From: Balamuthia mandrillaris
Lineage: Eukaryota
Assembly (NCBI GenBank): GCA_031835245.2
Contig: JAVKOQ020000102.1
Coordinates: 1 to 64,000, forward strand
Length of the DNA stretch: 64,000 bases
Direction of reading: 5' to 3'
Made by a program: the position numbers and the translations under genes. Of the stretch, positions 35,656-48,370 are shown piece by piece. The notes beneath the pieces are model-generated. The model had not been told where the DNA came from and searched no databases. It was given only the letters and a program-made list of their open reading frames with translations. How positions within the stretch are numbered: position 1 is the first letter of the stretch; the number at the start of each line of letters is the position of its first letter.

Positions 35656-36853
35656 TTAACCTAAATGATGGGAGGCAGGATGGCCTCCGCCGGATGCTGC
35701 TGCGTTGATGTCTTCCTGTTGAACTTCTTCCAACCAACGCTTGGCCCCACTTGTCTTCCATTCGTTGCATAGCTTTACCACCTGCTCCCCTTCAACGGTG
35801 AGAAGAGGAAGAGGAAGAGAAGAAGAGAGAGAAGAGAAGAGAGATAGGAAAGAAGAATAGAGAACGAGAGAAGAAGAACCAAAGAAGACAACTACGGAAT
35901 ACGCACCGCAGAAGCACGAGCAATTTGTTGGTCCCCTCGTTCATAGTGTCGGTCACGCGACCTTTGAAGGTTCGTCACTTCTGCTCGCAAAGTCGTTTGC
36001 TCTTCCTCTAACTTCATTCACATATGAAAATGAGAACAACAAAGATATGCAATGAAAATGAGAGAAAGCACCTTTTGAAGTATTGCTGTAAGTTGCTCTT
36101 TTGTTTCAAGTTTGATGTGTTGTGCTGTTCTGGTGTTCAAAGCTGTTGGCGTTACCGGAAGAGCAGCTATCTTGTATCTATCGTTTCAAATGACAGAAGT
36201 TAGGACTCGGGATACACTGCAAGAAGAAGAAGAAGAAGAAGAAGAAGAAGAAGAAGAAGAACAAGAAGGAGAAGAAGAAGAACGAGAACGAGAACGAGAA
36301 AAGAGGAAGAAAGAAAAAAAGGGAAGAAGAATAATAAGAGAGTTGAAGAATAGCGAGAACGGACAAAGAGAGAGTGTGTGTGAGAGAGTGAGAGAAGGGA
36401 TACTTTTCGTTCTTGGCCTGTTGCAAGGAGTCGTACAAACGGTCTAACCGCTGAAGCTTCTCCCTCAATTCTCGTTTCTCACATACTTCTTTCAACTCAT
36501 CCTTTTTTTTTTGTTTTGTGTTGCAAAAAAATCAATTTTTTGTAAAAAAAAAAAGGAGATTTTCTAATACTACTTACTTGAAGGTTCTCTTGAAAGGTTC
36601 TCATAGCTTGAGAATGAGCGGCTTCAAACAGCTCGACGTGCTGGGCGGTCAGTTCGGGAGGGAAGCAGCCGAGCAGCTTTTGGAGGCTGCACCCCGTGGC
36701 CGTTTTCTCGATCGCCTTTTGCAAGGCCAGCTCCAGCTTTTGCATGCGAAGGCTTCTACTTTCCTCGCCACCATCCCCCCCATTGTTGTTGCTGCTGCCG
36801 TACCCTGCTGACATCGCGGAAGCTGAGCCTTCCTCACGCATCATTTCATCCAT
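35656..36853 (-). CDS. Nnf1/PMF1-like kinetochore (MIS12 complex) subunit, about 5 exons
   Basis: RMQKLELALQKAIEKT..CSLQKLLGCFP..HSQ / EEVCEKRELREKLQRLDRL resembles Nnf1; the 3' exons were inferred by eye. Confidence 0.6.
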
Positions 36854-36896
36854 CTTTTTTTTTTTGTGCGCACCGAACTTTTGGCGGGAAGATTTA

Positions 36897-37027
36897 TGTC
36901 GACGCATCATGCCTTGCAGAAACAATCCACTCCTCAAGCGAAACAGTGTCGACAAATTTTGAACGAACCACTCCTCAGACAGTGTCGACTAATTTTAAAT
37001 GATGAACCCTCAAGTATCGGGTCGACG
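36897..37027. promoter_or_regulatory. Four GTCGAC-core motifs, partly in a direct repeat (CCACTCCTCA...ACAGTGTCGAC), in a 218-bp divergent promoter
   Basis: GTCGAC cores at 36898, 36948, 36984 and 37021 between the Nnf1 and CELF start codons. Confidence 0.55.
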
Positions 37028-37071
37028 AAAAAAAGCTGAATAAAAGTCAAAAGAAGAAAACGCCAACAACG

Positions 37072-37668
37072 ATGGAAGCGCCACAGCCCCACCAAGCACA
37101 ACAACAGCAGCAGCCAGAAGCACTTGAGCCACAACAAGAGCAAACGCAACAACAACAACAACAACAACAACAATCCGCTCCCGTCGTCACAACTCCAACC
37201 GAATCGGACGCTCAAATCGGTGTCCCAGCTTCAACAGATTCTTTCCCCCAGTCGTCAGCATCATCGTCTGCCGACTCCTCCTCCTCTTCTTCCTCTACCA
37301 CAACAATGACTTCCACCTCTACCACCACAACGCAACTTTCCCCCTCCCCCTCTTCCTCTTCCGCAACTGCCACAGGCGTGACGCTACCAGCCGTCTCCGC
37401 GCAGACCTCCACGCCGCTGCTTCACTCCATAAAGCTCTTCATAGGGCAGATCCCCAAACACATGAATGAGGAGGCCCTCACCCCGCTCTTCTCCCCCTAC
37501 GGCACCATCCACACGCTCACCGTGCTCAGGGACAGGGTGACAGGGGTGCACAGGGGCTGTGCCTTTTTGACCTACACCACACAGGCCGCTGCCGAGGCGG
37601 CCATCGCGCACCTTCACAACAAACACACCCTGCAAGGCGTATGCGCCCCCTTCTTTTTCTGCTCGTTC

Positions 37669-37710
<42 letters not shown>

Positions 37711-38524
37711 TTTCTCCCTCTTTCCTTTTGTCTTTTCTCTTTTAAGTTTCTTGTCGCTCTCTAAACAATTTAACCATACGAACGCAAACACAAACAGATG
37801 ACCCATCCTATGCAAGTCAAATGGGCAGAAGCCGAGGCGGAGGCAAGAAAGGACCACAAGCTCTTTATCGGGATGATCCCCAAGCACATCGGAGAGAACG
37901 AGCTCCGCCCTTATTTCTCCCCGTTTGGCACCATTTTGGAGTTGACGCTGCTCAGAGGACCCGATGGAGAGAGCAAGTGCTGCGGCTTTCTTCGCTATCA
38001 GTCTCGCGAACAGGCTGAAGCAGCCATCGCTGGTACTCAAGGCAAGATCTTTTTTGAGGTACGACTTTGCTGCTGTATTCTTTGCTTCTTTGCTTCTTTC
38101 TAAACAAATAAACTTTTACTTTACAAACAATAGGGAAGCACACAAGCATTAGTTGTAAAGTACGCCGACTCTGACAAGAAGAAAGCCCAAAAGAAACAAG
38201 AAGACACACTCATGCAACAACTCCGCTTACAACAGCTCGCCTTCTTCTCCTACTACAACACTGCTGCTGCCACCACAGCGGTGACCGGCATGCAGCCTCC
38301 TTCCATGGCGATGCCGCCTCCCGCCACAACGACTGCTGTCGTGCCGCCTCCCGCCGTTGCTGCTGCTCAGATGAGCAATAACAATGCGTACATGCGAACG
38401 CTTCCTCCGCAGCAACCACAACCGGTTTATGGCATGATGCCTTCCGCCACTGGAATGATACCAATGGATCCATTTGGTCAGGCTTTCAAAGTGCCCACCA
38501 CGCAAACCCAAGGTTCTCTCCTTT

Positions 38525-38573
<49 letters not shown>

Positions 38574-38971
38574 CCTTTCTCTTGTACTTATTCGAGAACA
38601 ATAGGACCACAAGGAGCCAATCTGTTCATCTATCATTTGCCGCAGCACTATACCGACCAAGACTTGTGGCTGAGCTTTGCCCCGTTTGGCAACTTGCTCA
38701 GCGCCAAAGTATTTGTAGACAAAAACACTGGACAGAGCAAATGTTTTGGTAATATCTATTCTCAATTTTTTTCCCATCTTTCTCTTTTTCTCTTCCTTCT
38801 CTCTCCTCTCTCTCTCTCTAACTCGTTTGTTAAAAATATAAATAAATAGGATTTGTGAGCTATGGCTCACCTGCAGAGGCGCAAGCAGCCATTCATCACA
38901 TGAATGGCTTCCAAATTGGCGACAAACGACTGAAGGTACAGGTTAAACGACCAAGAGGTACACCCTACTAG
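37072..38971 (+). CDS. CELF: CELF/Bruno family RNA-binding protein, 3 RRMs
   Basis: [82 protein letters not shown]. Confidence 0.93.
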
Positions 38972-39219
38972 ATTTGACTTGGTGGTCTCTTTTCTTCGAT
39001 ATCCGTTTCCACTTTGTTTTGTTGCATTTATTGTCTTTCGTTGTCGTCGTTTGACCGTCGTCAACTGTCTGTTTGTTTTTTTTCTGTCTAAGAAAGGGAG
39101 TACCTTTTTTGTTTATTCGTTCACCCGTTCGTTTTCTTCTTGTGTTTTGATTTGCTTTTCAATGGATGGTAGTGGTAGTGTTTTCCTGTGGTGTACTCGC
39201 GTTTGTTTACCAGCCCCAC

Positions 39220-39262
<43 letters not shown>

Positions 39263-39583
39263 TCTTGCTTTGTTTTTGTGTGCGTGAGACCATTCGTCGT
39301 CACACATGTCTCATGTTGGTTGGTTCACGGGTTGATGATATTTAGTTAGGGGTGTTTGTAGTCCCTTGTTTTTCTGTCTTCATTAGTGCCGTTTATGTTT
39401 TGGGTTCGCTGTTGTTCGCATCTGTAACGTGGTCGTGTCTTGTTCTTTTCGGTCGTGATCTCTCTGTCTCTCTCTTCATGCAAGTGTTTGTTGTCAGGTG
39501 CCGTTCTATTGTTGCTCTCCTGCAACTTTCTTTGTTTTTCTTTGTCGTAGTTTTTTCCCCTTTTCGTCTGCTCCTTTCAACAG

Positions 39584-39615
39584 GTCCTCAAGGAGTGAAC
39601 AAGATCGACGACTGA
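39584..39615 (+). other. Candidate alternative terminal exon of CELF ((G)PQGVNKIDD*)
   Basis: Pyrimidine tract + CAG at 39581-39583; same phase and near-identical start to the RRM3 exon at 38605 ((G)PQGAN). Confidence 0.55.
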
Positions 39616-39847
39616 TTCGAATTGCTTGGCTTCGCTATTCCCCGTGCGTATCATTAAGTACTTCCCTCCCTCGTTCTCTCCAACACAAAATTGAAACAGA
39701 AAACAACCCTCTTCGAGCAAATGGACAGGGAAGTTGACGACGCCTTTTTTTCAATTTGCCCGTTAAAGTTTGCTTCCTTTCTGAAGTTGCAAAACAAAAG
39801 CAGAAAGAGCCAAAGGTTTCGTTATAATCTCTATTTACTCTTCTCTC

Positions 39848-41031
39848 TCATTCAATATAGATTTCATCATCACAACTTGAAGAAGACGAGGGAAATGCTA
39901 CTGTTACATTCTGTTTCTGTTTCGCGTCTTCAGTGGATGGGGATGGGGCGGTTGAAAGATGGTTGCTTCCAATGACGACAACGGGTATGGTTGGTGTGGG
40001 CGAGGGTGCTTGGCGGTGGTTCAACAACAACTTTTGTTGCTCTAAAGTTCGTTTCCATATGGCTTGTAGCTTCAGGCAGATGTCTTTGAAAGTAGGTCGG
40101 AACTGTGGCACTTTTTTTTTTTTTGAGAAGCAATGAGAATGAAAGAGAGAAGAGAGAAGAGAAGAGAGAGGAAAGACGCATACGCAGGCTCCAACAATCG
40201 GTCATGATCTTGTAAACCTCTTCAGGACATTCTTCAGGACGTGGCATCCTATACCCCTCCTTCAAATGTCGAAGCAGCGCCTCCGTGTCTTTTTTTTTTT
40301 GTTGTTTTCAAAACACACGTTAGCTTGAAAGAGGAGAGAGAGAGAGAGAGAGAAACAGAGAAGAATGCGTTACCAAGAGTGTTACTTCCAACGCCCAAAG
40401 CAGAAAACGGCGTATCTCCAAAGCTATAGAGCTCCCACAAGACAATCCCAAAGGACCAAACATCCGACTTGAACGTGAACTTGTTGCTCTCTATCGCCTC
40501 GGGGGCGGTCCATCTCAAAGGAATACGTCGAACGGGGCCGCCGATGAGCGTTCCCCTCTGGCTCTCCTCCATCAAGGTTCGCCTTCTGTCCGACAAGGTC
40601 TTCTTGGCCAGGCCAAAGTCGCTTACTTTGGCGATGTACTCGCGTTGCGTGCCGCGTATCTCGAGGAGGATGTTGCGAAGGGATAAGTCCCGGTGAATGA
40701 CGTTGTTGGCCTCGAGGTGGTCCATTCCAGCGGCTATTCCTGTTCATTGTTTGTGTTTGGCATAAGAGAGAGAAGACAACCAACCTGAAAGAAGGATGAA
40801 TGGAACAGGAGAGAAAGAGGTAATGCTAACCCATTGCCAACTGAAGAAGTTGGAGGTTGCCAACGTCGGTGGGGTGTTGTTGCAGGTATTCACGAACGCC
40901 GCCATCGCTAACGTACTCCATCACCAACAATAGCTCCTTTCCTTTGTTGCTCATGCATCCGCCCAGCATTCCCACTATGTTTGGGTGGCGAGGCATGCTC
41001 CTGTTTATATGGTAAAAGAGTAAGAGAGGAG

Positions 41032-41073
<42 letters not shown>

Positions 41074-44000
41074 ATGACTCGCATCTCATTGATAAAGTCT
41101 TTGCGATGGTTTTCATCCATCAAAAGGTCGCTACGCATTCGCTTCACCGCGACTGTGGTCGTTTGCCTCCATACAGCCTTTTGTTTATTTGTCGTTTAGT
41201 TTCGATGAATTCAACATTCTTTTTTGGTTAACAAGCACAGCATAAAGAAAAAGGAAGGACACGAACCTTCAAAACATCTCCAAATGCACCGTTTCCGAGT
41301 TTCTTTTCAACCATCAAGTCCTCCACTTTAATGGCACACATCGAAGCGAAGTCTTCCCTCATTCCTTGCTTTGCCGAAGATCGTTTTCTTTCGCTATGGC
41401 TCTTCTTTTTCTTTCTCCTCTCTTTGCTCTTCATTCCCTGTCCCTGGCTTCTTTCTTCTGAACTGCTGTTGTTGTCATCATCGCTGTTGTTGTTGTTCTT
41501 CATCTTCTTCTTCTCCTCCTTCACTTTGAGGTATACTTTTCTTCTTACTCCGAGTGGCAACAACAGCTCTTTCAAGTCGTTCTCCTCCAACAAGACGACA
41601 TCCGCCAAGTAGATCTTTTCTGCCAGGAAGTTGTCGGCGTAGCCGATAAAACTTGGGTCGATGCTTTGCAACCACCGTCTAAGCTTCTCCCTCTCTTCCT
41701 CCTCTTTTCTCTTTTCTTCCTTCTTGTCCTTCTTCTTTTGTTGCTGTCGTTTGTTAGTCGGTTCAAGGGACATTCTTCTCCAATTCTTCGTCTTCTCATC
41801 TCGTTCTCTTGCTTTTCTCTCTTTGACATGGTTTCCATCCGAAGCTAAAAAGCTGTTGCTGAATAAGATAGAGGTGGAAGAACGAGGAGACTTTGGTTTT
41901 GGCGACGAAGCAGCAGATGAAGGAGACGAAGCCACAGATGGAGAGGTCGGAGAAAGAAGAAGAGCAGAAGAGACTTGTTGTCCATTTGGAGAAGTGAAGG
42001 CCATCATCGCCAGTTCCACCGCTCCTAGGCTCGACCCCTTCCTGTCATCCTGGATGCGTTGTTTTGTCTTGGAGCGACGAATGGAGGGCAAAGAGAAGGC
42101 AGCTTGTGAGAAGAGAGAGTTTCTCCGTTTTTTGTCCTTAGCTTCACCCTCATTCTCTGCTCCGTCGTGGCTGTTGCGCAACGAAGCGGGAGGAGAAGAT
42201 GAACGTAATGCAGAAGAGGAGGAGGAAGAAGGAGAAGGAGAAGTAGATGTAAAGGAAGAATGCAATGGACTAAATGAAGAAGAGGAAGTGGGAGTGGAGG
42301 GACTAGAAGAAGATTTGTGGTTTTTGTTGAGGGATAATGGTGGGACCTTGGCCTTCGCGTCCTCTTCTCCTGCATCGTCTTTCTTCTTTTTCTTGGTTTG
42401 TGATGTAGTGGTCTCTTTCTTCTTTCCCCTCGTCTTGTTGAGCTGGTTTTTCTTTTGCACAACTGGTTCCTCTTTCTTATGTTGCTTCGCGTCGTCTTTG
42501 CCCGCTTCCTGTTCTTCCTTTTCTTTCTTCTTGGATGCTTTGATATCTTCCATTATTTGTCTTTCGATCTGCGCTTTCTTCTTTGCTTTCTTCTCTTCCT
42601 CTGCTTCCTCCTCCTCCTTTTCATCTTCTTCATCTTCATCGCGCTCCTCCGCTTCTGCTTGATCATTTCTCTTTCGTTGTTGTTGGCGTGCCGATAAAAC
42701 TAGTTTCAAGCTCTGCTGTCTCGCCTCTTGTTCCTGTTGAATGCTCTCCATCTTTCTTTCAAACGCCGAAACGAGACTTCCCGACAGCTTGTTCAGTTGT
42801 TCTTCCTCGTCTTTCTCTTTCTTCTTCATCACCTTGTTCCCATCCTCATCCGTTACATAAACCATTATATCCGATCCGCTCTGGCTCAAATCGGTCCCAC
42901 TCTCGCCCTCGCTCCCTTCCTCTCCGTTTGTTGTTTGAATACTGCTTCCGCTTTTGGTTTCCTCGTCCTCATCATCTTCTTCTCCTTCGATGGTGCATTC
43001 GAAGAACGAAACGTTTTGAAGCTTGTCCACCGATGTGCTGAGGCTCGAGAATGCAGCGCAAAACTCCTTTATCTTCTTTGATATGCGATACTTGTCTCTA
43101 GCTTTAAACTCCTCCACAAAGAGTTGCGTTCTTTCTGGCTCTTCCACCACAAAAGAGAAGGAAGGTGTTGATGAAGAAGCTTGCGCGTGTTCAACTTCGG
43201 TGGGCATTGGAGCGGAGGCTGAAGAAAGAATGGGAGCGAAGATGGATGCCGGAAGAGCAACCTTGGTGTAAGCAAACATCCCGCTAATGTTGAGCAGAGA
43301 GCGAATGCAGTCGACGCATTGCGCCATGGTGGTTAGCAGGTCCGTTACCAAGGGTTTGTGTTCTGGCCATTCTCTCCTGTTGAAGCACATGGTGAGAACG
43401 GAGAAAGGAAGAGAGGCGGAACGCGTCGACGTACAAATGAGGAAGACGGGCATAGTTCAACAGCACGACATGCACAAGGTCTCTCGCTCTCTGCATGACG
43501 CACTCGGTGCATTGAATGGCCTCCACCTCCAGCTGAGGCTCGCTTAGCTCCTCGCAGAGAACGTGCATGCCCGTCAGGAGGCGTGCCAGCCGCGATCCCT
43601 CCAGCACCAACGCCTTGCAGTCGTCCCTCACCTCCAAGCAAAAGTCCAACAGCATTTCCTGTTGTTCTGTTATAGGTCGATGCTCTTCTCTCTTTGGTTT
43701 TTTTAAAAAACAAAAAATAAATAGAAACAAAGTTGAGAAGAAAAGAAGATAAGAAGAGAGGGAAAAAAGAAAATAATAGAAATAATAGGAATAATAGGAA
43801 TAAAGAATAAATAAAATAATAAATAAAATAATAAATAAATAAAATAAAGAAAGAACAACAGAGAGAATAACGATACCGAAAGCGTAGAAACGGAAGAAGA
43901 GGAGAGGTTAAAGCTCGTCTCCCTCACGAGCGCTTTGCTCAGATTTGTCAACTCCAGCTCCCAATTCACCTCATGGTGCTCTCGCCGCTGTTTCTTCTGA

Positions 44001-44191
44001 CCGGCCTCCGCCTCCTCCCTCAAAGCCGAACAAGTCTCGTCGGGTTGTTGAGGTTCTTGTGGCTGTTGCTGGCAACGTTGCCCGCGTGCCTTTCGCAAGT
44101 TGCTGCTGCTGAGCATGGCATTGTAGCTCTCCGGAAGCTTGAGAGAACTTTGCAACCGGTTGAGCGGTCTTGGTCGTCCTCCTCCTTTCAT
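39848..44191 (-). CDS. Cytoplasmic tyrosine kinase with SAM domain
   Basis: SAM WLQSIDPSFIGYADNF..LPLGVRRKV; kinase LGNGAFGDV, VAVK, HRDLSLRN, KVSDFGL, IPLRWTAPE, SDVWSFGIVLWELYSFGDTPF, GYRMPRPEECP. An upstream ATG at 44314 is also possible. Confidence 0.9.
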
Positions 44192-44648
44192 TCGAGCTTT
44201 TTGTGGTTCGTTGTCTGCAGAGTGAAGTTCTAACGGAAGCAGAGAGGGAGGGTTGGTGTGCCAGCAAGTTCGTTCTTCTTTATTCGCCTTCTTTTTTAAT
44301 GGATGCACATTCATTAAACAGATGTCTATATTAATGAAAATTGATCATTACAAATAATATTCATGACGACATGAAAATAAAGAGCTACGGGTACAAATAT
44401 AAAGGAATAAATTTGGATATTTTATAATAATAATCATTCGTGTCTTTTTTTGTAGACGCTGCAGCAGCACTGAATCTATCGTGATATCGATAATATTTTT
44501 TCCAGTGTGAAATATTTCAAAAAGATAAAAGATAAGGAAAGGAAAGAAATGCAAACACAGAGCCACGCCATGAAGGTCCGTTGTTTGTGGCTGTTCGCTG
44601 TCTTTTTCCCTCTACACCCTGAGTGACGCACTAACTCTTTTTCTATTT

Positions 44649-44650
<2 letters not shown>

Positions 44651-44682
<32 letters not shown>

Positions 44683-44706
44683 CTCTCTCTCTCTCTCTAT
44701 CTCTCC
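44651..44706. repeat. (CA)n(CT)n compound microsatellite
   Basis: Directly visible. Confidence 0.9.
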
Positions 44707-45656
44707 TCGATCGTACGAACAGCCGCAGCAGACAGGAGGATTACTGCCTCTTCCACCACTAGGAGGAGCACAACCGCTTCACCAACAACAACACCCCTCC
44801 TTCGTTCCTTCTCCACACTTCAACCCACACAAACGAAGAGGTGGAGGAGGAGGAAGAGAAAGAAGAGAGGGAGGGAACCACTACCACAACCACAACCACA
44901 ACAAAAGACAAAGAGGGCAACCCTATTATGACAACCACAGAAGAGGTGGTGGTTTTGGGGGCAGAGGACGAGGGAGAGACAGAGGAAGGGGAGGAAGGGA
45001 TGCAGCTCCAAGCGGACCTTATTTCAAGGCCTCATTCTTGGAGGACCCTTGGGCTGAGCTGGAGGGAAGACCCAAGCAAAGCGTGGTCCCGCTACCGCAA
45101 CGACAGGCAGAGAGAGAATGCATTCACGAGCTCGCACCACAGCGAGAAGCAGAAGAAAAGAACGAAAAAGAGGAAACAAAAAGGGTGGAAAGTGTTGAGG
45201 GAAGCGCAACAGAAAGCTTAAACGATGACAGTCGAGAAGAAAAAGAAGAAAGCAAAGAAGAAGCACAAGCAGCAAAAACAGAAACAGAGATAGTTGGTAG
45301 CGAAGAGCTCAGCAACGTTCAACAACAATAGATTGCTGGGATAACAACAAGTGCACACAAAGAGAAAGAGCGCCTGAAGGAGAAGAGGAGGAGGAAAGAG
45401 AAGGAAGGACACGACAAGAAAGCCAGGCAACGGGAAGGAAAGGTCTGGCCTAAAAAAAGAAACGAAATATGATACGAATGAGTTGATAGCAAAGAAAGAG
45501 AAAATACGAGATGCATGCTCCTTCGACACAATGCTTGTTCAAGAAGACCTCCTCCTCCTCCCCTCTCCTCCTTTCTCTCTCTGCCTGGAGAGGAAGAGTT
45601 GTTGCAACATTCTTGCAAGGCCTTGTGCTTGAGCTACAAACCACGGAGAGATGTTT

Positions 45657-45749
45657 GAATTTCTATTCGCTGGAGATAAATCTTAATCTGAATTTTCGAA
45701 TTTCTATTCGCTGGAGATTAATCTTAATCTTAATTTTCGAATTTCTATT
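45657..45749. repeat. 41-bp tandem repeat, about 2.3 copies, just upstream of the F-box/RCC1 gene
   Basis: GAATTTCTATTCGCTGGAGATWAATCTTAATCTKAATTTTC at 45657 and 45698, partial copy at 45739. Confidence 0.9.
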
Positions 45750-45801
45750 GGTGAATGGGCCGATCGGAAGATTTTGACGACCGAAAAGAAAACAAAAAAA
45801 G

Positions 45802-46613
45802 ATGAACAGAGGAACTAACAGGTGCCCTGCTGCTGCTGCTGCCGAAGAAGAAGATGGCTACGCAAAGGAGCTGCAGGAAGCGTTCGCCAAAGGCCTGTCC
45901 CTTGGGGAAACGGAAGACGGCCTTCAACTCTTGCCCGTTGAAATCTGGCACCTGATCCTTTCCAGCCTTCAAGGCCGACAGGTCAGAAAAGCCGCCCAAG
46001 TCTGTCGCACTTGGAAAGATCTCCTCCAAACCAGAGGTTTCCCCCTTCCTTCCTTCCTTCCTTCCTTCCTTCCTTCTTCTTTTTCTCATCGCTCACAAAA
46101 AATGAAAATCAGAGAAACGTAAAACACTTTTGATTTGGGGCAGTTTAGACGGCAACAAACCATACCTCGAGGCCTATTCGCCTCCTCGCCATGCATCGAG
46201 CGAGCAAGGCCCTTCAACGGTTCAGCTATGGACCATACCCCTCCTCAAGGAGGTGGACATTGTGCAGATCTCGTCGGGCTGGGGGTGCGCCCTCTTGCTG
46301 GACAGCCAAGGCAGGGTGTGGAAGTTGGGTCCGGATGCGTCCAACAACAACGAGCCGGCCGTTGTGAAGGAGCTCTGTCACGAGCGCGTGGTTTATGTGG
46401 CTACCAGTGAATTCCACTCTTTAGCCGTCACTTGTATGTGTTGTGTGCACTTGTTCCTTGTATTCTTCTTTGTTCTTTCTTTTCGTTACTTTCTTTCTTT
46501 CTTTCTTTCTTTCTTGTCGTTTCTTTCTTTCTTTCTTTCTTGTCGTTTCTTTCTTTCTTTCTTTCTTGTCGTTTCTTTCTTTCTTTCTTTCTTGTCGTTT
46601 CTTTCTTGTCGTT

Positions 46614-46692
<79 letters not shown>

Positions 46693-47217
46693 GTCTTTCT
46701 TTCCTTCTTTCTTTCCTTCTTTCTTTCCTTCTTTCTTTCCTTCTTTCTTTCCTGATCTTCTTCTCGTTTCGTGCCACTCTTCATTTTCTTCCTCTTTAAT
46801 AGGTAAAGGAGAAGTTTATTCATGGGGAACAGGAGGAATCCAATTGGGGAGAACCACTGCTGAGTATCCTGCTGCACAACCGGCAGTGATACCTGCCTTG
46901 CGAGGACATCGCGTCGTTCAAGTGGCCGTTGGCATTTACCACAGTGTTGCTTTGACGGGTCTCTCCATTTTTCTTCTTTTATTTTCTTTTCTTCTCTTTT
47001 TTAATTTATTTTTTTGTTTTTAAACTGTAGAAGAAGGAAAAGTCTTTGCATGGGGCGGAGGGTCACAAGGATGCCCAGGCCAAGGCAGCTTAGACAACTG
47101 CCCTGTTCCCACCGTTGTTCTCTTTGAGGAGACCGCCCCTCAACCTAGAATCGTTCAAATTGCATCTGGTGGCTTCCATGTGCTTGCTCTTGCTGGTAAT
47201 CAATTCGTTCTAGTTTT

Positions 47218-47259
<42 letters not shown>

Positions 47260-48363
47260 ATTTTGTTTCTGTTCCATCAATTTATTAAGAGTTTTTTCTA
47301 CAGATAGTGGAAAGCTCTATTCATGGGGATGGTATTATTTACCTTGTCTTCGTTCTTGTTCTTGTTCTTGTTCTTGTTCTTGTTCTTGTTCTTGTTCTTG
47401 TTCTTGTTCTTTTTCTTCTTCTTCTTCATTCTGGTTTTTGTCACAAAATTCTCTTTTTCTATTCTTTAACCTCCATCATACAAACGAAAATAACCAAATA
47501 AAGGGCTTATCATGGAGCACTAGGTTATGATCACCCATCCAGCAGCATGACGCCAAAGCATGTGCAAAATGTGGATGGTGTTGCGATCAGCAGGATCGAA
47601 ACTGGAAGACACCAAACATTCATCATAAGTGGTTCGTTTTGTCATTTTTCTTTTTATGCTTTTTTTCTTATTCTTTATTTTTTAAACCAACAATGAATGC
47701 AGAGACCGGAAAAGTACTTACATTTGGGTGTAATGTGCATGGTCGCTTAGGATTGGGCCACGAGACTTCCGTCACCAAACCTCATTCCATTCCAACCTTT
47801 GCCGACATTCCTTTGGCACACATCGCCTCCAATGAGTTTCATACTCTCTTCCTCACTGGTACTTTCTTTCTTCCTTTTTTTTTTTTAATTTTAGTTTCTT
47901 GTCGTTACTTTCCGTTTCTTTAGTTCTTCCATGCTCCGTTCCCTTCCTTTGTTCAATACGCTATATACACAAAATGAAATAGGAAGCGGACACGTATATT
48001 CATGCGGCTCGGAGGACGAAGAATACAAGAGATTAGGCCTGGATGGGACGACGAAATCAACACCCACGCCGATGCCCGTCAAAGCCCTCGCCCACGAGAA
48101 CATTGTGCAAGTTAGTTGTGGCAGAAACTTTAGTCTTGCTCTTGCTGGTACCATCTACCGTTTATTCCATTTCTTATCGTTCTCTCCTTTTCGTTTCTTG
48201 ATTCTATTTTCGTTCGCGTTTCTCTTTCCTCTTCATTGCTGAGATTCTTCTTTTCTTGGTCGGTAAAGATGAAATAGGATGTGCAACTGATAACTTACAA
48301 AACGCAACTCTACGATTCGAGAAACGAATCGCAAGGATGAAGTCTCTTGAGCAAAACCAATAA
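45802..48363 (+). CDS. F-box + RCC1-repeat protein
   Basis: F-box LPVEIWHLILSSL..AAQVCRTW; RCC1 repeats GEVYSWG..QLG..VVQVAVGIYHSVALT, GKVLTFGCNVHGRLGLG, IVQVSCGRNFSLAL. Confidence 0.88.
46490..46750. repeat. (TTTC)n-type intronic microsatellite
   Basis: Directly visible. Confidence 0.9.
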
Positions 48364-48370
48364 TCTGTTC

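Noticed and set aside
44928..45331. Short plus-strand E/K-rich ORFs as a gene
   Set aside because: No recognisable domain or convincing splice path; kept only as an unexplained interval
45657..45749. 41-bp repeats as a CRISPR array
   Set aside because: Head-to-tail copies with no unique spacers, eukaryotic context, no cas genes
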